A stretch of 62,670 nucleotides of DNA, the filler included, from Thermodesulfobacteriota bacterium (GTDB lineage Bacteria; DASVDK01), in NCBI GenBank assembly GCA_036381125.1. It is 6 parts of 6 records of this genome, joined end to end, with 100 filler letters (N's around TTAATTAATTAA, not from the genome) between each part and the next. Parts side by side here need not be neighbours in the genome. Positions count along the whole stretch, not along the records: positions 20,996 to 28,978 come from DASVDK010000342.1; positions 29,079 to 35,216 come from DASVDK010000343.1; 4 more parts are not named here. One strand, given 5' to 3'. The notes beneath the pieces are model-generated. The model searched no databases, was not told where the DNA came from, and worked only from the letters and a program-made list of their open reading frames with translations. Below, piece after piece: positions 21,212 through 29,275 of this stretch. Numbering within the stretch: position 1 is the first letter of the stretch; each line of letters starts with the position of its first letter. Made by a program: the position numbers and the translations under genes.

Positions 21212-22600
21212 ATGGATCATCGCGTCCGGATCGCCTTCGCCACCTGCGGCCCCACGGTGAACCGCCTCGAGCCGGTGAAGGCCCGCTTCGCCAGCGTCGC
21301 CGAGATCCTCCCCTTCCCCGCCGCCAACGACGGCAGCGACGCCGACGCCCTGGTTCCCGCGCTGAGGCGCGCGGCGCCCCACGCGGTCGTCGCCTTCCCG
21401 AAGGTGGCCGAGCGGCTCCTCCGCACAGGGCTCGCGGTGCCGGTCTTCCCGATGGAGATGCCGGCCGACGTGCTGGTCGGCCGCGTGACCGAGGCGCTCG
21501 AGCGCGCCGACTCGGTTGGGGTCCTGCCGCCGGCCGGCACGATCGCCCCCTCGACCTGCCGGCTGCTCAGGCGACTCGGCGGCGCGGTCCACATCCTGCC
21601 GTACGAGAACCACGACCACCTGCGCGACCTCGTCGCCCGCTGCCGACGCATGGGGATCCGCGCGCTCGTCGGCGGCGAGAGCCTGAAGGGCATCGCCGAG
21701 CCGCAGGGGCTTCGTCCCTTCTCGCTGGCGGACGAGGCCGACGAGGCGGCCGGCGCCATGGGCCAGGCGGTGATCAGGGCCGCCTCGCAGGCCGCACCGC
21801 GTCACGCGCCCCGCGGCGAGGCGCTGGCGCGCTACGGGCTCATCCTCGAGAAGATCGCCCAGGGAGCCATCGGTCCCGACGACCTCACGCTCTGCGTCGA
21901 TGACGGCGGCCGGGTCACGGCGGCCTTCGCCTCCCCGTGGGCCACCGGCGCCGGACGCGCCCTCGCGCCCGCGCGGCCCGGCGCCCTCTCGGTCCTCGAG
22001 GCCGTGACCACCGCGGCGGCCGTGGCGACGAGCGAGCCGGGCGAGTCGGTCTCCCCGGTCGCCCTCGACCTCTACCCCCTGGCCCCCGGCGACGGCGGCG
22101 GCTACCTGGCCGTCGTCCGCAGCTCGCGCCGGCCGGTCGCCGCCCTCCCGGCCGGCCCGGCCCCGCTCGCCGCCGACCCGGCGGCAGGCGACCTGCTCGC
22201 CCGTCTCGACACCCTGATCGCCCGCCTCGACACGCTCGTCCGCGCGAGGCGCGGCCGCCACGCCCCTCGCCGCTTCCTCGCCTCGCTGCGCCGGCGCACC
22301 TTCCTGATCGACTGGAGGCGGGTCCGCTACTTCGAGCTGCGTGCGGGACTGGTGTACGCCTCGCTGGTCACGGGCGAGACCTACGCGACCAACTACACCC
22401 TGGCCGACCTCGCCGCCCGGGTCGACGGGCGCGACTTCTTCCGCATCCACCGCCACGTCCTGGTCAACCTCAACTACGTCACGGAGCTGGAGCGCTACGG
22501 GGTGAGCCAGTTCCGCGTGGTCCTCGAGGGGCCCGACACCCCCGCCTTCGTCGTCAGCCGACCCGCCTCGGCCGCCCTCCGCAAGCTCCTCAAGTACTGA
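21212..22600 (+). CDS. LytTR-domain regulator with PrpR_N-like N-terminus and degenerate PAS-like linker
   Basis: C-terminal 'TLADLAARVDGRDFFRIHRHVLVNL...VSR'; N-terminal 'AVVA..VAERL...VPVFPME...MGIRALVGG' resembles PrpR_N; no REC acidic pocket seen. Confidence 0.75.
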   Translation: MDHRVRIAFATCGPTVNRLEPVKARFASVAEILPFPAANDGSDADALVPALRRAAPHAVVAFPKVAERLLRTGLAVPVFPMEMPADVLVGRVTEALERADSVGVLPPAGTIAPSTCRLLRRLGGAVHILPYENHDHLRDLVARCRRMGIRALVGGESLKGIAEPQGLRPFSLADEADEAAGAMGQAVIRAASQAAPRHAPRGEALARYGLILEKIAQGAIGPDDLTLCVDDGGRVTAAFASPWATGAGRALAPARPGALSVLEAVTTAAAVATSEPGESVSPVALDLYPLAPGDGGGYLAVVRSSRRPVAALPAGPAPLAADPAAGDLLARLDTLIARLDTLVRARRGRHAPRRFLASLRRRTFLIDWRRVRYFELRAGLVYASLVTGETYATNYTLADLAARVDGRDFFRIHRHVLVNLNYVTELERYGVSQFRVVLEGPDTPAFVVSRPASAALRKLLKY

Positions 22601-22610
22601 CGCTACTGAC

Positions 22611-22650
22611 GCTGCGGGACCCCGCTCGAGGGGTCCCGCGGCTTCCTTCC
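22611..22650 (+). terminator. GC hairpin after the first LytTR gene
   Basis: GCTGCGGGACCCC-GCTCGA-GGGGTCCCGCGGC followed by TTCCTTCC. Confidence 0.55.
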
Positions 22651-22819
22651 GGTCTGCTCACGCTCACCTTCCGCGCTCGCGGCCGCACGCGGCGCGAGCG
22701 CCCCGTCACGTCGCGCCTTCGGCAATGTGCTTCCGATTCGTCCGCACCCCACGTCCGGATCAGGCCGACGGCATGGGGCCGAGCCCCATGAACGACCGCC
22801 CTTGCGGCCGCGCCGGATC

Positions 22820-22849
22820 CGCATCGCCGCTTCATCCGCCTGCCCCGTC
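22820..22849 (+). promoter_or_regulatory. Conserved upstream motif CGCATCG-N10-CGCCTGCCCCGTC (copy A)
   Basis: Same two blocks and spacing recur on the minus strand at 24681-24710. Confidence 0.6.
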
Positions 22850-22875
22850 CGTCAGGGCTTTGCGGTCGCGGCGTC

Positions 22876-23505
22876 ATGGGGCAGGCTGGGGTCATGGTGA
22901 ACGGCGTGGAACTCGATCGACATGCGGCGACCGGAGACCTCGTGGTCCAGGTGGGCCCCGACGGCCGGGTCGCGTGGAGCGGCGGGGGCTCGCGCCTGGC
23001 CGGCCCCGCCCGCGGGACGGCCTTCCTCGAGTGGCTCGCGACGGCGCCCCCGGTGGTGGTCGCGGTCCGGCGCGACCCGGGCGGGGGGCTGCTCCTGACC
23101 GTACGGCCCGCCGGGCCTTCCGACACGCCGTCCGGCGAGCCGGCGGCCGCCCGCCGGACAGCCGGCGTCCCGAGGCGCCTCGTCGGCTTCAAGCGGAAGC
23201 GGACCTTCCTCTTCGACCCGTCGCGCGCCCTCGCCTTCGAGCTGCGCTCCGGCCTCGTCCACGCCTCCCTCGACGACGGCGAGAGCCTCGCGACGAACTA
23301 CTCGGTGCGCGAACTCACCGCACGCCTCGCGCCGCTCGGCTTCTTCCGCGTCCACCGCGACGTGATCGTGAACCTCAGGCGGGTGAGGGAGATCGAGCGG
23401 GTCGGCCAGGGGCGGGTGCGCCTCGTCCTCGACACGCCCGACGCGCACGGCTTCACCGTGAGCCGCCCCGCCTCCGCCCGCCTGCGGCGCCTCCTCCGCT
23501 TCTGA
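22876..23505 (+). CDS. Short LytTR-domain regulator (paralog of 21212-22600)
   Basis: 'FELRSGLVHASL..GESLATNYSVREL...FFRVHRDVIVNL...VSRPASARLRRLLRF'. Confidence 0.75.
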   Translation: MGQAGVMVNGVELDRHAATGDLVVQVGPDGRVAWSGGGSRLAGPARGTAFLEWLATAPPVVVAVRRDPGGGLLLTVRPAGPSDTPSGEPAAARRTAGVPRRLVGFKRKRTFLFDPSRALAFELRSGLVHASLDDGESLATNYSVRELTARLAPLGFFRVHRDVIVNLRRVREIERVGQGRVRLVLDTPDAHGFTVSRPASARLRRLLRF

Positions 23506-23511
23506 CCGCGC

Positions 23512-24576
23512 CTACCACCCCATCGCCGCCCGGAGCCGCCGCCCGACGTCGCGGCTGAGCACCAGCTCGGTCTTGGCGGCGTCCGCAAAGAGGAGCCGGT
23601 AGCGCTGGTGGGTCCAGGGGATCAGCTCCCCGATCCGCGTGAGGTTGACCAGGTGCGACTGGTCGAGCCTGAGGAACCGGCTCGCGTCGAGCCGCCGCTC
23701 GAGCTCCGCCAGGGTCTGGTTCGTCCAGTACCGTCCGCCGTCGGCGAAGGCCGTCACGACGCCGCCGAGCGAGGAGACGTAGACGATGCTCGCCTGGGGC
23801 ACGAGGACGAAGCGCCGGCCGGTTCGGAGCGCGACCACCTCCGGCGTCCCGGCCTCGTCGGGCCGCGGGGTTCCGGCCGGGAGCGCGCGACAGGTCGCAT
23901 GACCGTGGGCCGCCTCCGCGCCGAGGTGCGCCACCTGCCGCAGGCGCGCCAGGACGGCGCGCGACAGGACCCGCTCGACCGCGTGAACGACGGCGCACCC
24001 GCCCGACAGCTCGAGGCACGACTGCGCGGCAAGGCCCATGCCGCCGGCGATCGGGACGGCGGCCGGCTCGGTCAGGACCGACGCGACGCCGGCGCGCCGC
24101 GCGACGGCGAGCTGGGAGTGGAGGTGGTCGGCCGAGAGGAACGGCAGGTAGGCGTACCGATCGGGATGCTCGAGCATCGCGGCGGCGAGCACCGGCGAGA
24201 CGGCGGCCGGACGGAGCACGACCGCACCCGGCCCCTCGGCCGCTCGCCGCGGCGACGCGAGCAGACAGGCCGGCTCGATGACCACCGGCACGACGTGCGC
24301 GGGGCCGAGCGCCGGCTCGACCCCCCGGTGGCCGGGCGGAACGACGACGGCGTCCGGCCCCTCGACCCTGAGCCGCTCGACGACGCCGGGGGTGAGGGCG
24401 CTCTCCGGCTCCTCCAGGTGCGCCTCGGGCCGCTGCGACTCCGTCTCGCAGGCGACGACGAGCAGGTCGGCCAGGCCCGTGTAGCGGCGCGCGACCTCGG
24501 CCGCCGGCCCGGTGAAGTAGCGGCACCCCGCGACGGCGAGCCGGAGCCGTCCCGGGTGCGGCTCCCCGTCGCTCAC
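23512..24576 (-). CDS. LytTR-domain regulator with divergent PrpR_N-like N-terminus
   Basis: 'TLAELERRLDASRFLRLDQSHLVNL...ELIPW...LSRDVGRRLRAAMGW'. Confidence 0.75.
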   Translation of the reverse strand: MSDGEPHPGRLRLAVAGCRYFTGPAAEVARRYTGLADLLVVACETESQRPEAHLEEPESALTPGVVERLRVEGPDAVVVPPGHRGVEPALGPAHVVPVVIEPACLLASPRRAAEGPGAVVLRPAAVSPVLAAAMLEHPDRYAYLPFLSADHLHSQLAVARRAGVASVLTEPAAVPIAGGMGLAAQSCLELSGGCAVVHAVERVLSRAVLARLRQVAHLGAEAAHGHATCRALPAGTPRPDEAGTPEVVALRTGRRFVLVPQASIVYVSSLGGVVTAFADGGRYWTNQTLAELERRLDASRFLRLDQSHLVNLTRIGELIPWTHQRYRLLFADAAKTELVLSRDVGRRLRAAMGW

Positions 24577-24680
24577 CCGACGCCCGGATCACGGCGCGGT
24601 GCGCGGGCGTCCCGCACGACGACCCGCGCCGCCTGGCTGAAACGTCGCTTGCGCCCCATCGCGCACGATACAACCACCCC

Positions 24681-24710
24681 GACGGGGCAGGCGCAGACGG
24701 TTTCGATGCG
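24681..24710 (-). promoter_or_regulatory. Conserved upstream motif CGCATCG-N10-CGCCTGCCCCGTC (copy B), followed by -10-like TATCGT
   Basis: + strand GACGGGGCAGGCG-N10-CGATGCG; ACGATA at 24665-24670. Confidence 0.6.
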
Positions 24711-24819
24711 TTGCGGAGGCCGCGAACGGGCGACGCGGACGGCCGCGGACGCGATCCGCCGGCCGACGGGCCGATTCGCCGGCGCCGGGCCGCCCGGTTC
24801 GGAAGCCCGGACCGGACGC

Positions 24820-25947
24820 TCACCACCCGAGGATCGCGCGCAGGCGGCGGCCGACGTCGCGGCTGAGCACCAGCTCGGTGTTGGCGGCGTCGTCGAGGCG
24901 CAGCTTGTAGCGCTGGTGCGTCCAGGGGATGAGCTCGACGACCCGTGCCACGTTCACCAGGCGCGAGGCGTCGAGGCGGACGAAGCGCCGCGGGTCGAGC
25001 CGCGACTCGACCTCGGCGAGCGTGCGGTCGGACCAGAAGCTGCCGCGGTCGGTGTACGCGGTCACGAGGCCGCCCCGGGAGCTGATGTAGCTGATGCTGG
25101 CCGCCGGCACGAGGACGAAGCGCCGCGCGGTCCTGAGCGCGACGACGTCCCGAACCGGGTCGGGCCGGCGACCCGCCGGGTGCGACGGCGGCCAGCCCGA
25201 CGGCGCGGCCCAGGAGCCGGGCGCGGCCGCGGGGCCGTGCGCGAGGCCGGACAGGCGGGCGAGGCTCGCCTGGGCGAGGCCGCGCTCGAGGGCGTGGACG
25301 ACGAGGCAGCGGCCGGCGCCGTCGTAGATGGACCGGGCCTCGAGCCCCCGCCGGCGCGCGAGCGCCGCCGCGGCGGGATCGGCGAGGACGGGCGCGAGCC
25401 TCGATCGCGCGACGAGGTCGAGCTGGGCATGGAGGTGCTCGGCGCCGAGGTAGGTGAGGAGGACGGCGTCCGCAGCCTCGCGCGGCCACGCGGCGACAAG
25501 CAGGCGCGGGACGGCGTCGGCCGGCAGCACGAGCGCGGGGGTCGTACCCGGCCGCCGGGCCTCGCGCAGGAGCTCGACGACGCACGACGGCGCCAGCTCG
25601 ATCCGGACGACCGGCGGCTCGGCGGGGACGGGCGCGTGAGGGGCGGGCGGCAGCAGGACGGCGTCGGCGTGCCGCATCGCCTCGGCCGCGTGCGGCGGCG
25701 CGCCGCCCGGGGCCTCGTCGACGTGGCCGTCGAGGTCGTGCGGAGCGACGTCGCAGTGGACGACCTCGAACGTCGCGAGCCCGCGGTAGCCGTCCAGAAC
25801 GGGATCGACGCTCTCGGTGAGGAGCCGGCAGCCGACGACGAGCAGGCGAAGCGCGCGCGGTCCCGGCGGCGGCGCGACCGGCATCGGCGAGCCGGCCTCG
25901 CACACCAGCGAGGCGGCGAGCGCGGCCGAGCACCGCCAGGCCCCCAT
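24820..25947 (-). CDS. LytTR-domain regulator with divergent PrpR_N-like N-terminus (paralog of 23512-24576; alternative start 25884)
   Basis: 'TLAEVESRLDPRRFVRLDASRLVNV...ELIPWTHQRY...LSRDVGRRLRAILGW'; ATG overlaps the ImmA TGA (TGATG). Confidence 0.75.
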   Translation of the reverse strand: MGAWRCSAALAASLVCEAGSPMPVAPPPGPRALRLLVVGCRLLTESVDPVLDGYRGLATFEVVHCDVAPHDLDGHVDEAPGGAPPHAAEAMRHADAVLLPPAPHAPVPAEPPVVRIELAPSCVVELLREARRPGTTPALVLPADAVPRLLVAAWPREAADAVLLTYLGAEHLHAQLDLVARSRLAPVLADPAAAALARRRGLEARSIYDGAGRCLVVHALERGLAQASLARLSGLAHGPAAAPGSWAAPSGWPPSHPAGRRPDPVRDVVALRTARRFVLVPAASISYISSRGGLVTAYTDRGSFWSDRTLAEVESRLDPRRFVRLDASRLVNVARVVELIPWTHQRYKLRLDDAANTELVLSRDVGRRLRAILGW

Positions 25948-26630
25948 CAGTCCCCCCAGAGCCTGCCCTGGCGGCCGTCGGCCGGCTCTCGCAGGCAGCC
26001 GAGCTGGCCGAGGCGGACGGCAGCGGCCTCGGGCGAGACGCCGAAGGCGCGGGCGACGCGGTCGACGAGCCGGTCCCCCTCGCGCGTCCCGGCAAAGGGC
26101 GGGCGACCGCGGACGCGGACCCGAGGGGCCGGCACGAGGAGGGCCGCGGCCAGGTAGCCGGCCTGCCACTCGAGCCAGCCGACGGGGTCCTCGAGCGTCC
26201 GGCTGTGCGCCGCCTCGATCCGCGGCGCGACGTCGGGCAGGAGCGCCGGCTCGGCGAAGCGGCGGTCCCACAGCTCCCGGTGGAGGACCACGTGGGCCAG
26301 CTCGTGAGCCAGGGTGAAGCGGAGGCGGACCTCTCGCCGTGGGTCACCGGCGAGGCGCCGCTCGACGCGGACGATCGGCGCGACCCCGGGCCGGAACTCG
26401 GTCACCGCCTCGACGCCCGGCCCGAACTCCGCCTCGAGGTCGGCGTACAGGTCGAGGTCGCCCGCGTGCGCCTCGACGAGGACGAGGAGGGCGTCGGTGT
26501 CGAGCCGGCCGGTCCCGGCCCGGCGGCGGGTCCCCTCCCTCGCGAGCGCCGCGCCGAGGGCGTCGAGTTCGGCCGCCTCGTAGAAGGGCCTGGCCGGGAA
26601 GCGGCCGGAGGGATCGTCGATCCACCTCAC
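25947..26630 (-). CDS. ImmA/IrrE-family Zn metallo-endopeptidase
   Basis: 'RLRFTLAHELAH' (HExxH), 'EWQAGYLAAALLVP', C-terminal HTH 'VARAFGVSPEAAAVRL'; GTG overlaps XRE stop. Confidence 0.88.
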   Translation of the reverse strand: MRWIDDPSGRFPARPFYEAAELDALGAALAREGTRRRAGTGRLDTDALLVLVEAHAGDLDLYADLEAEFGPGVEAVTEFRPGVAPIVRVERRLAGDPRREVRLRFTLAHELAHVVLHRELWDRRFAEPALLPDVAPRIEAAHSRTLEDPVGWLEWQAGYLAAALLVPAPRVRVRGRPPFAGTREGDRLVDRVARAFGVSPEAAAVRLGQLGCLREPADGRQGRLWGD

Positions 26631-27040
26631 GACCGGCGCTCCCGCCTCCGTCCCGGTGACGGATCGGCGGACGCGAGCAGCCGCGTCCAGTCCTCGCGGG
26701 TCCACCCGCAGGCGCGGGCGCGGCGGAAGAGACGCCCCACCGGCTCGGCCGCCTCGGGACGCTCGCGCAGGTAGTCGACGACCGGCGCCGCGCCCCGGCC
26801 GGCCGCCGCCTCGATCGACGTGAGCGACAGTCCGAGCGCGGCCGCCAGCTCCGCGGCGAGCGCCGACGACGGCCGGCGCCGATCGTGCTCGATGTCGTTG
26901 ATGTACTGTGGCGAGACGCCCCGCGGCCGGTTCCCCCCGGCCGTGAGGCGCGCGCCGAGCTCGCGCAGGCTCAGCCCCCGCGCCCGGCGTGCCGTCGACA
27001 CGAGCCGCCCGAGCGACGGCTCCCCTCGCTTGCCGCCCAT
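26627..27040 (-). CDS. XRE-family HTH regulator (ImmR-like)
   Basis: 'ARRARGLSLRELG...VSPQYINDIEHDRRRPS'. Confidence 0.88.
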   Translation of the reverse strand: MGGKRGEPSLGRLVSTARRARGLSLRELGARLTAGGNRPRGVSPQYINDIEHDRRRPSSALAAELAAALGLSLTSIEAAAGRGAAPVVDYLRERPEAAEPVGRLFRRARACGWTREDWTRLLASADPSPGRRRERRS

Positions 27041-27095
27041 GCAGGTGTACCCTCCGCCTGCGGACGAGCGTATACCTGCACGTTCGAGCAGTCAA
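27040..27095 (-). promoter_or_regulatory. sigma70 promoter TTGACT-N17-TACGCT with GGAGG RBS, overlapped by an 11-bp inverted repeat (candidate XRE operator)
   Basis: -35 27090-27095, -10 27067-27072; TGCAGGTGTAC (27040-27050) / GTATACCTGCA (27070-27080), one mismatch. Confidence 0.65.
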
Positions 27096-27973
27096 GAGGC
27101 GAGGAACTCGATCAGCCGTCTCGCGTGTCCCGGCAGCGCATCGAAGCGGCGCACGCAGATGGTCAGGCGCCGCACCGCCCACGGGTCCGTGAGCCGCACG
27201 ACCCGGATCCGCATCGACCTCCGGTACCGGCGCGCGGCCACCTCGGGGACGATCGCCACGCCGACGCCCCGCTCCGCCATCCGGCAGACGGCGTCGAAGC
27301 CACGCACGCGGACCCGCACCTTGAGCGGCCGACCGGCGCTCGCGGCCTGCGCGTCGAGGTAGGCCTGCAGCGCGCTGCCGGTGCCGAGGCCGACGACGTC
27401 GTGGTCGAGCACCTCGCGGAAGGCGCGCGGCGGCCCGGCCGCGAGCGGGTGGGCCGGCGCGGCGACGACGACCAACCGGTCCGCGCGGAAGGGGAACGTC
27501 TCGAGGCCGGTGAGGTCCACGGAATCGGCCGCGACGCCGGCGTCGGCGATGCCCTCGGCGACGGCCCGCGCGATCTCCCGGCTCGGCCGCTCCTCGAGCT
27601 GGACGTCGACGTCGGGATGGGCGGCGAGGTAGCGGGCCAGCGCGCCGGGCAGGAACTCGGCCACCGCGGCGGTGTTGGCGAGGAGGCGGACCCGGCCCTT
27701 CAGGCCGCGCGCGTACTCGCCGATCTCGCCGCGCATCCGCTCGACCTGCTCGAGGAGCGTCCGCGCATGGCGCGCCAGCGCCTGGCCGGCCGGCGTCGTC
27801 CGCACGCCGCGGGACCCCCGCTCGAGCAGCGCGACGCCGAGCGACGCCTCCATGCCGCGGATGCGCGCGCTCGCCGCGGCCAGCGACAGGCCGGCTCGCC
27901 CGGCGCCGTGCGTGATGCTGCCGGCCTCGGTCACCTCGAGGAACAGGCGCAGGTCGGTCAGGTCTATGGACAT
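27092..27973 (-). CDS. LysR-family transcriptional regulator
   Basis: 'DLTDLRLF..V.EAGSIT.GA...LSLAAASARIRGME'. Confidence 0.92.
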   Translation of the reverse strand: MSIDLTDLRLFLEVTEAGSITHGAGRAGLSLAAASARIRGMEASLGVALLERGSRGVRTTPAGQALARHARTLLEQVERMRGEIGEYARGLKGRVRLLANTAAVAEFLPGALARYLAAHPDVDVQLEERPSREIARAVAEGIADAGVAADSVDLTGLETFPFRADRLVVVAAPAHPLAAGPPRAFREVLDHDVVGLGTGSALQAYLDAQAASAGRPLKVRVRVRGFDAVCRMAERGVGVAIVPEVAARRYRRSMRIRVVRLTDPWAVRRLTICVRRFDALPGHARRLIEFLAS

Positions 27974-27999
27974 CGGCCGCTCGCTCGGGTCACTCGCCC

Positions 28000-28020
28000 G
28001 CCTTCGTCCCGGCCGAAGGC
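28000..28020. promoter_or_regulatory. LysR recognition box (T-N11-A palindrome)
   Basis: GCCTTCG-N7-CGAAGGC between divergent lysR and tauE-like genes. Confidence 0.7.
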
Positions 28021-28075
28021 AGGCTCGACGACTGCCGCATTGTCCTTCGCCGCGGAGGCGGGCAGCATCGGGGGC

Positions 28076-28819
28076 ATGTCCGACGCGCTCCCACTCCTGG
28101 TCGCCGTCGCCTCCACGTTCCTCGTCGCCGGGGTCGTGAAGGGCGTGATCGGGCTCGGGCTGCCCACGGTGGCGATCGGCCTCCTCGGCCTGTACATGCC
28201 GCCGGCCGAGGCGGCCTCGCTCCTCGTCGCGCCGTCGCTCGTGACCAACCTCTGGCAGCTCGCCGCGCGTCCCGTCGCGCCGCTCCTCGGCCGCCTCTGG
28301 TCGATGATGCTCGGGATCTGTCTCGGGACGTGGGCCGGCTCCGGGCTCCTGGCCACGGACGAAAGCGGCCGCGCCGCCACGGCGCTCGGCGTCGTCCTGG
28401 CGCTCTACGCCGTAGCCGGGCTCGCGTCGGTGCGTCCCCGCGTCCCGCCACGCGCGGAGCCCTGGCTCTCGCCCCTGGTCGGCGCCGCCACGGGTCTCGT
28501 GACCGCGGCGACAGGGGTCTTCGTGGTCCCGGCCGTCCCGTACCTCGAGGCGCTCGGGCTGCAGAAGGAGGACCTGGTGCAGGCGCTCGGCCTCTCGTTC
28601 ACGGTCTCGACCCTCGCGCTGGCCGTCGGACTCGCCCGCGACGGGGTGCTCGACGCCTCGCTGGCCGGCGGCTCGGTCCTCGCGCTCGCGCCCGCCCTGG
28701 CCGGGATGTCGCTCGGCCGGCAGCTCAGGGCCCGGGCGAACCCGCGCGTCTTCCGGCTCTGCTTCTTCCTCGGCCTCCTGGTCCTCGGGGCCCACCTCGC
28801 CCTGCGGCGCGCGGTCTGA
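28076..28819 (+). CDS. TauE/SafE-family (sulfite exporter-like) membrane protein
   Basis: 'AGVVKGVIGLGLPT', about 8 TM helices. Confidence 0.85.
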   Translation: MSDALPLLVAVASTFLVAGVVKGVIGLGLPTVAIGLLGLYMPPAEAASLLVAPSLVTNLWQLAARPVAPLLGRLWSMMLGICLGTWAGSGLLATDESGRAATALGVVLALYAVAGLASVRPRVPPRAEPWLSPLVGAATGLVTAATGVFVVPAVPYLEALGLQKEDLVQALGLSFTVSTLALAVGLARDGVLDASLAGGSVLALAPALAGMSLGRQLRARANPRVFRLCFFLGLLVLGAHLALRRAV

Positions 28820-28978
28820 AGCGCGGCGCGTCAGTCCACGACGCCCGCCTGGAGGAGGGCTCGCACCTCCGAGACGGTGCAGCAGGCGACGGCGCGCCGC
28901 AAAAGCTCGGCGCACCGGTCGCGCCTGAGCCCGCCGAGGGCGCGCTTCACGCGCGGGATCGCCGCGGCCGCCATGGAC

Positions 28979-29078
28979 NNNNNNNNNNNNNNNNNNNNNN
29001 NNNNNNNNNNNNNNNNNNNNNNTTAATTAATTAANNNNNNNNNNNNNNNNNNNNNNNNNNNNNNNNNNNNNNNNNNNN
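28979..29078. other. Artificial contig spacer
   Basis: N-run with TTAATTAATTAA. Confidence 0.99.
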
Positions 29079-29107
29079 GTGCCCACCTCGTCCTCGAACT
29101 GGATCAT
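29079..29107 (-). CDS. ftsZ: Probable first codons of FtsZ (truncated)
   Basis: GGAGG RBS + 'MIQFEDEVG' directly downstream of ftsA; call rests on position. Confidence 0.55.
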
Positions 29108-29275
29108 CGGTGCCTCCTCCAACGGCTCGCAGCCAGCTTCCGCTCCGCGCGGGTGGAGCCCGCGCTCCGAACGTGGGTCCCGCCCACCTCCCGGGCTACG
29201 CCCCGGGTCCACGTCGGGAGGCTGCTCGCCTCCGCCGGCGCCTTCGCGCCGGCTGCCGGTGTTCGATCAATCCGC

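Noticed and set aside
22595-22612. TACTGACGC x2 at the LytTR stop codon as a target-site duplication
   Set aside because: The copies are adjacent with no element between them; likely slippage
25947-27040. Prophage/ICE or CBASS defence island inferred from the XRE-ImmA pair
   Set aside because: No integrase, phage, cyclase or effector genes on this contig, and no att repeats seen
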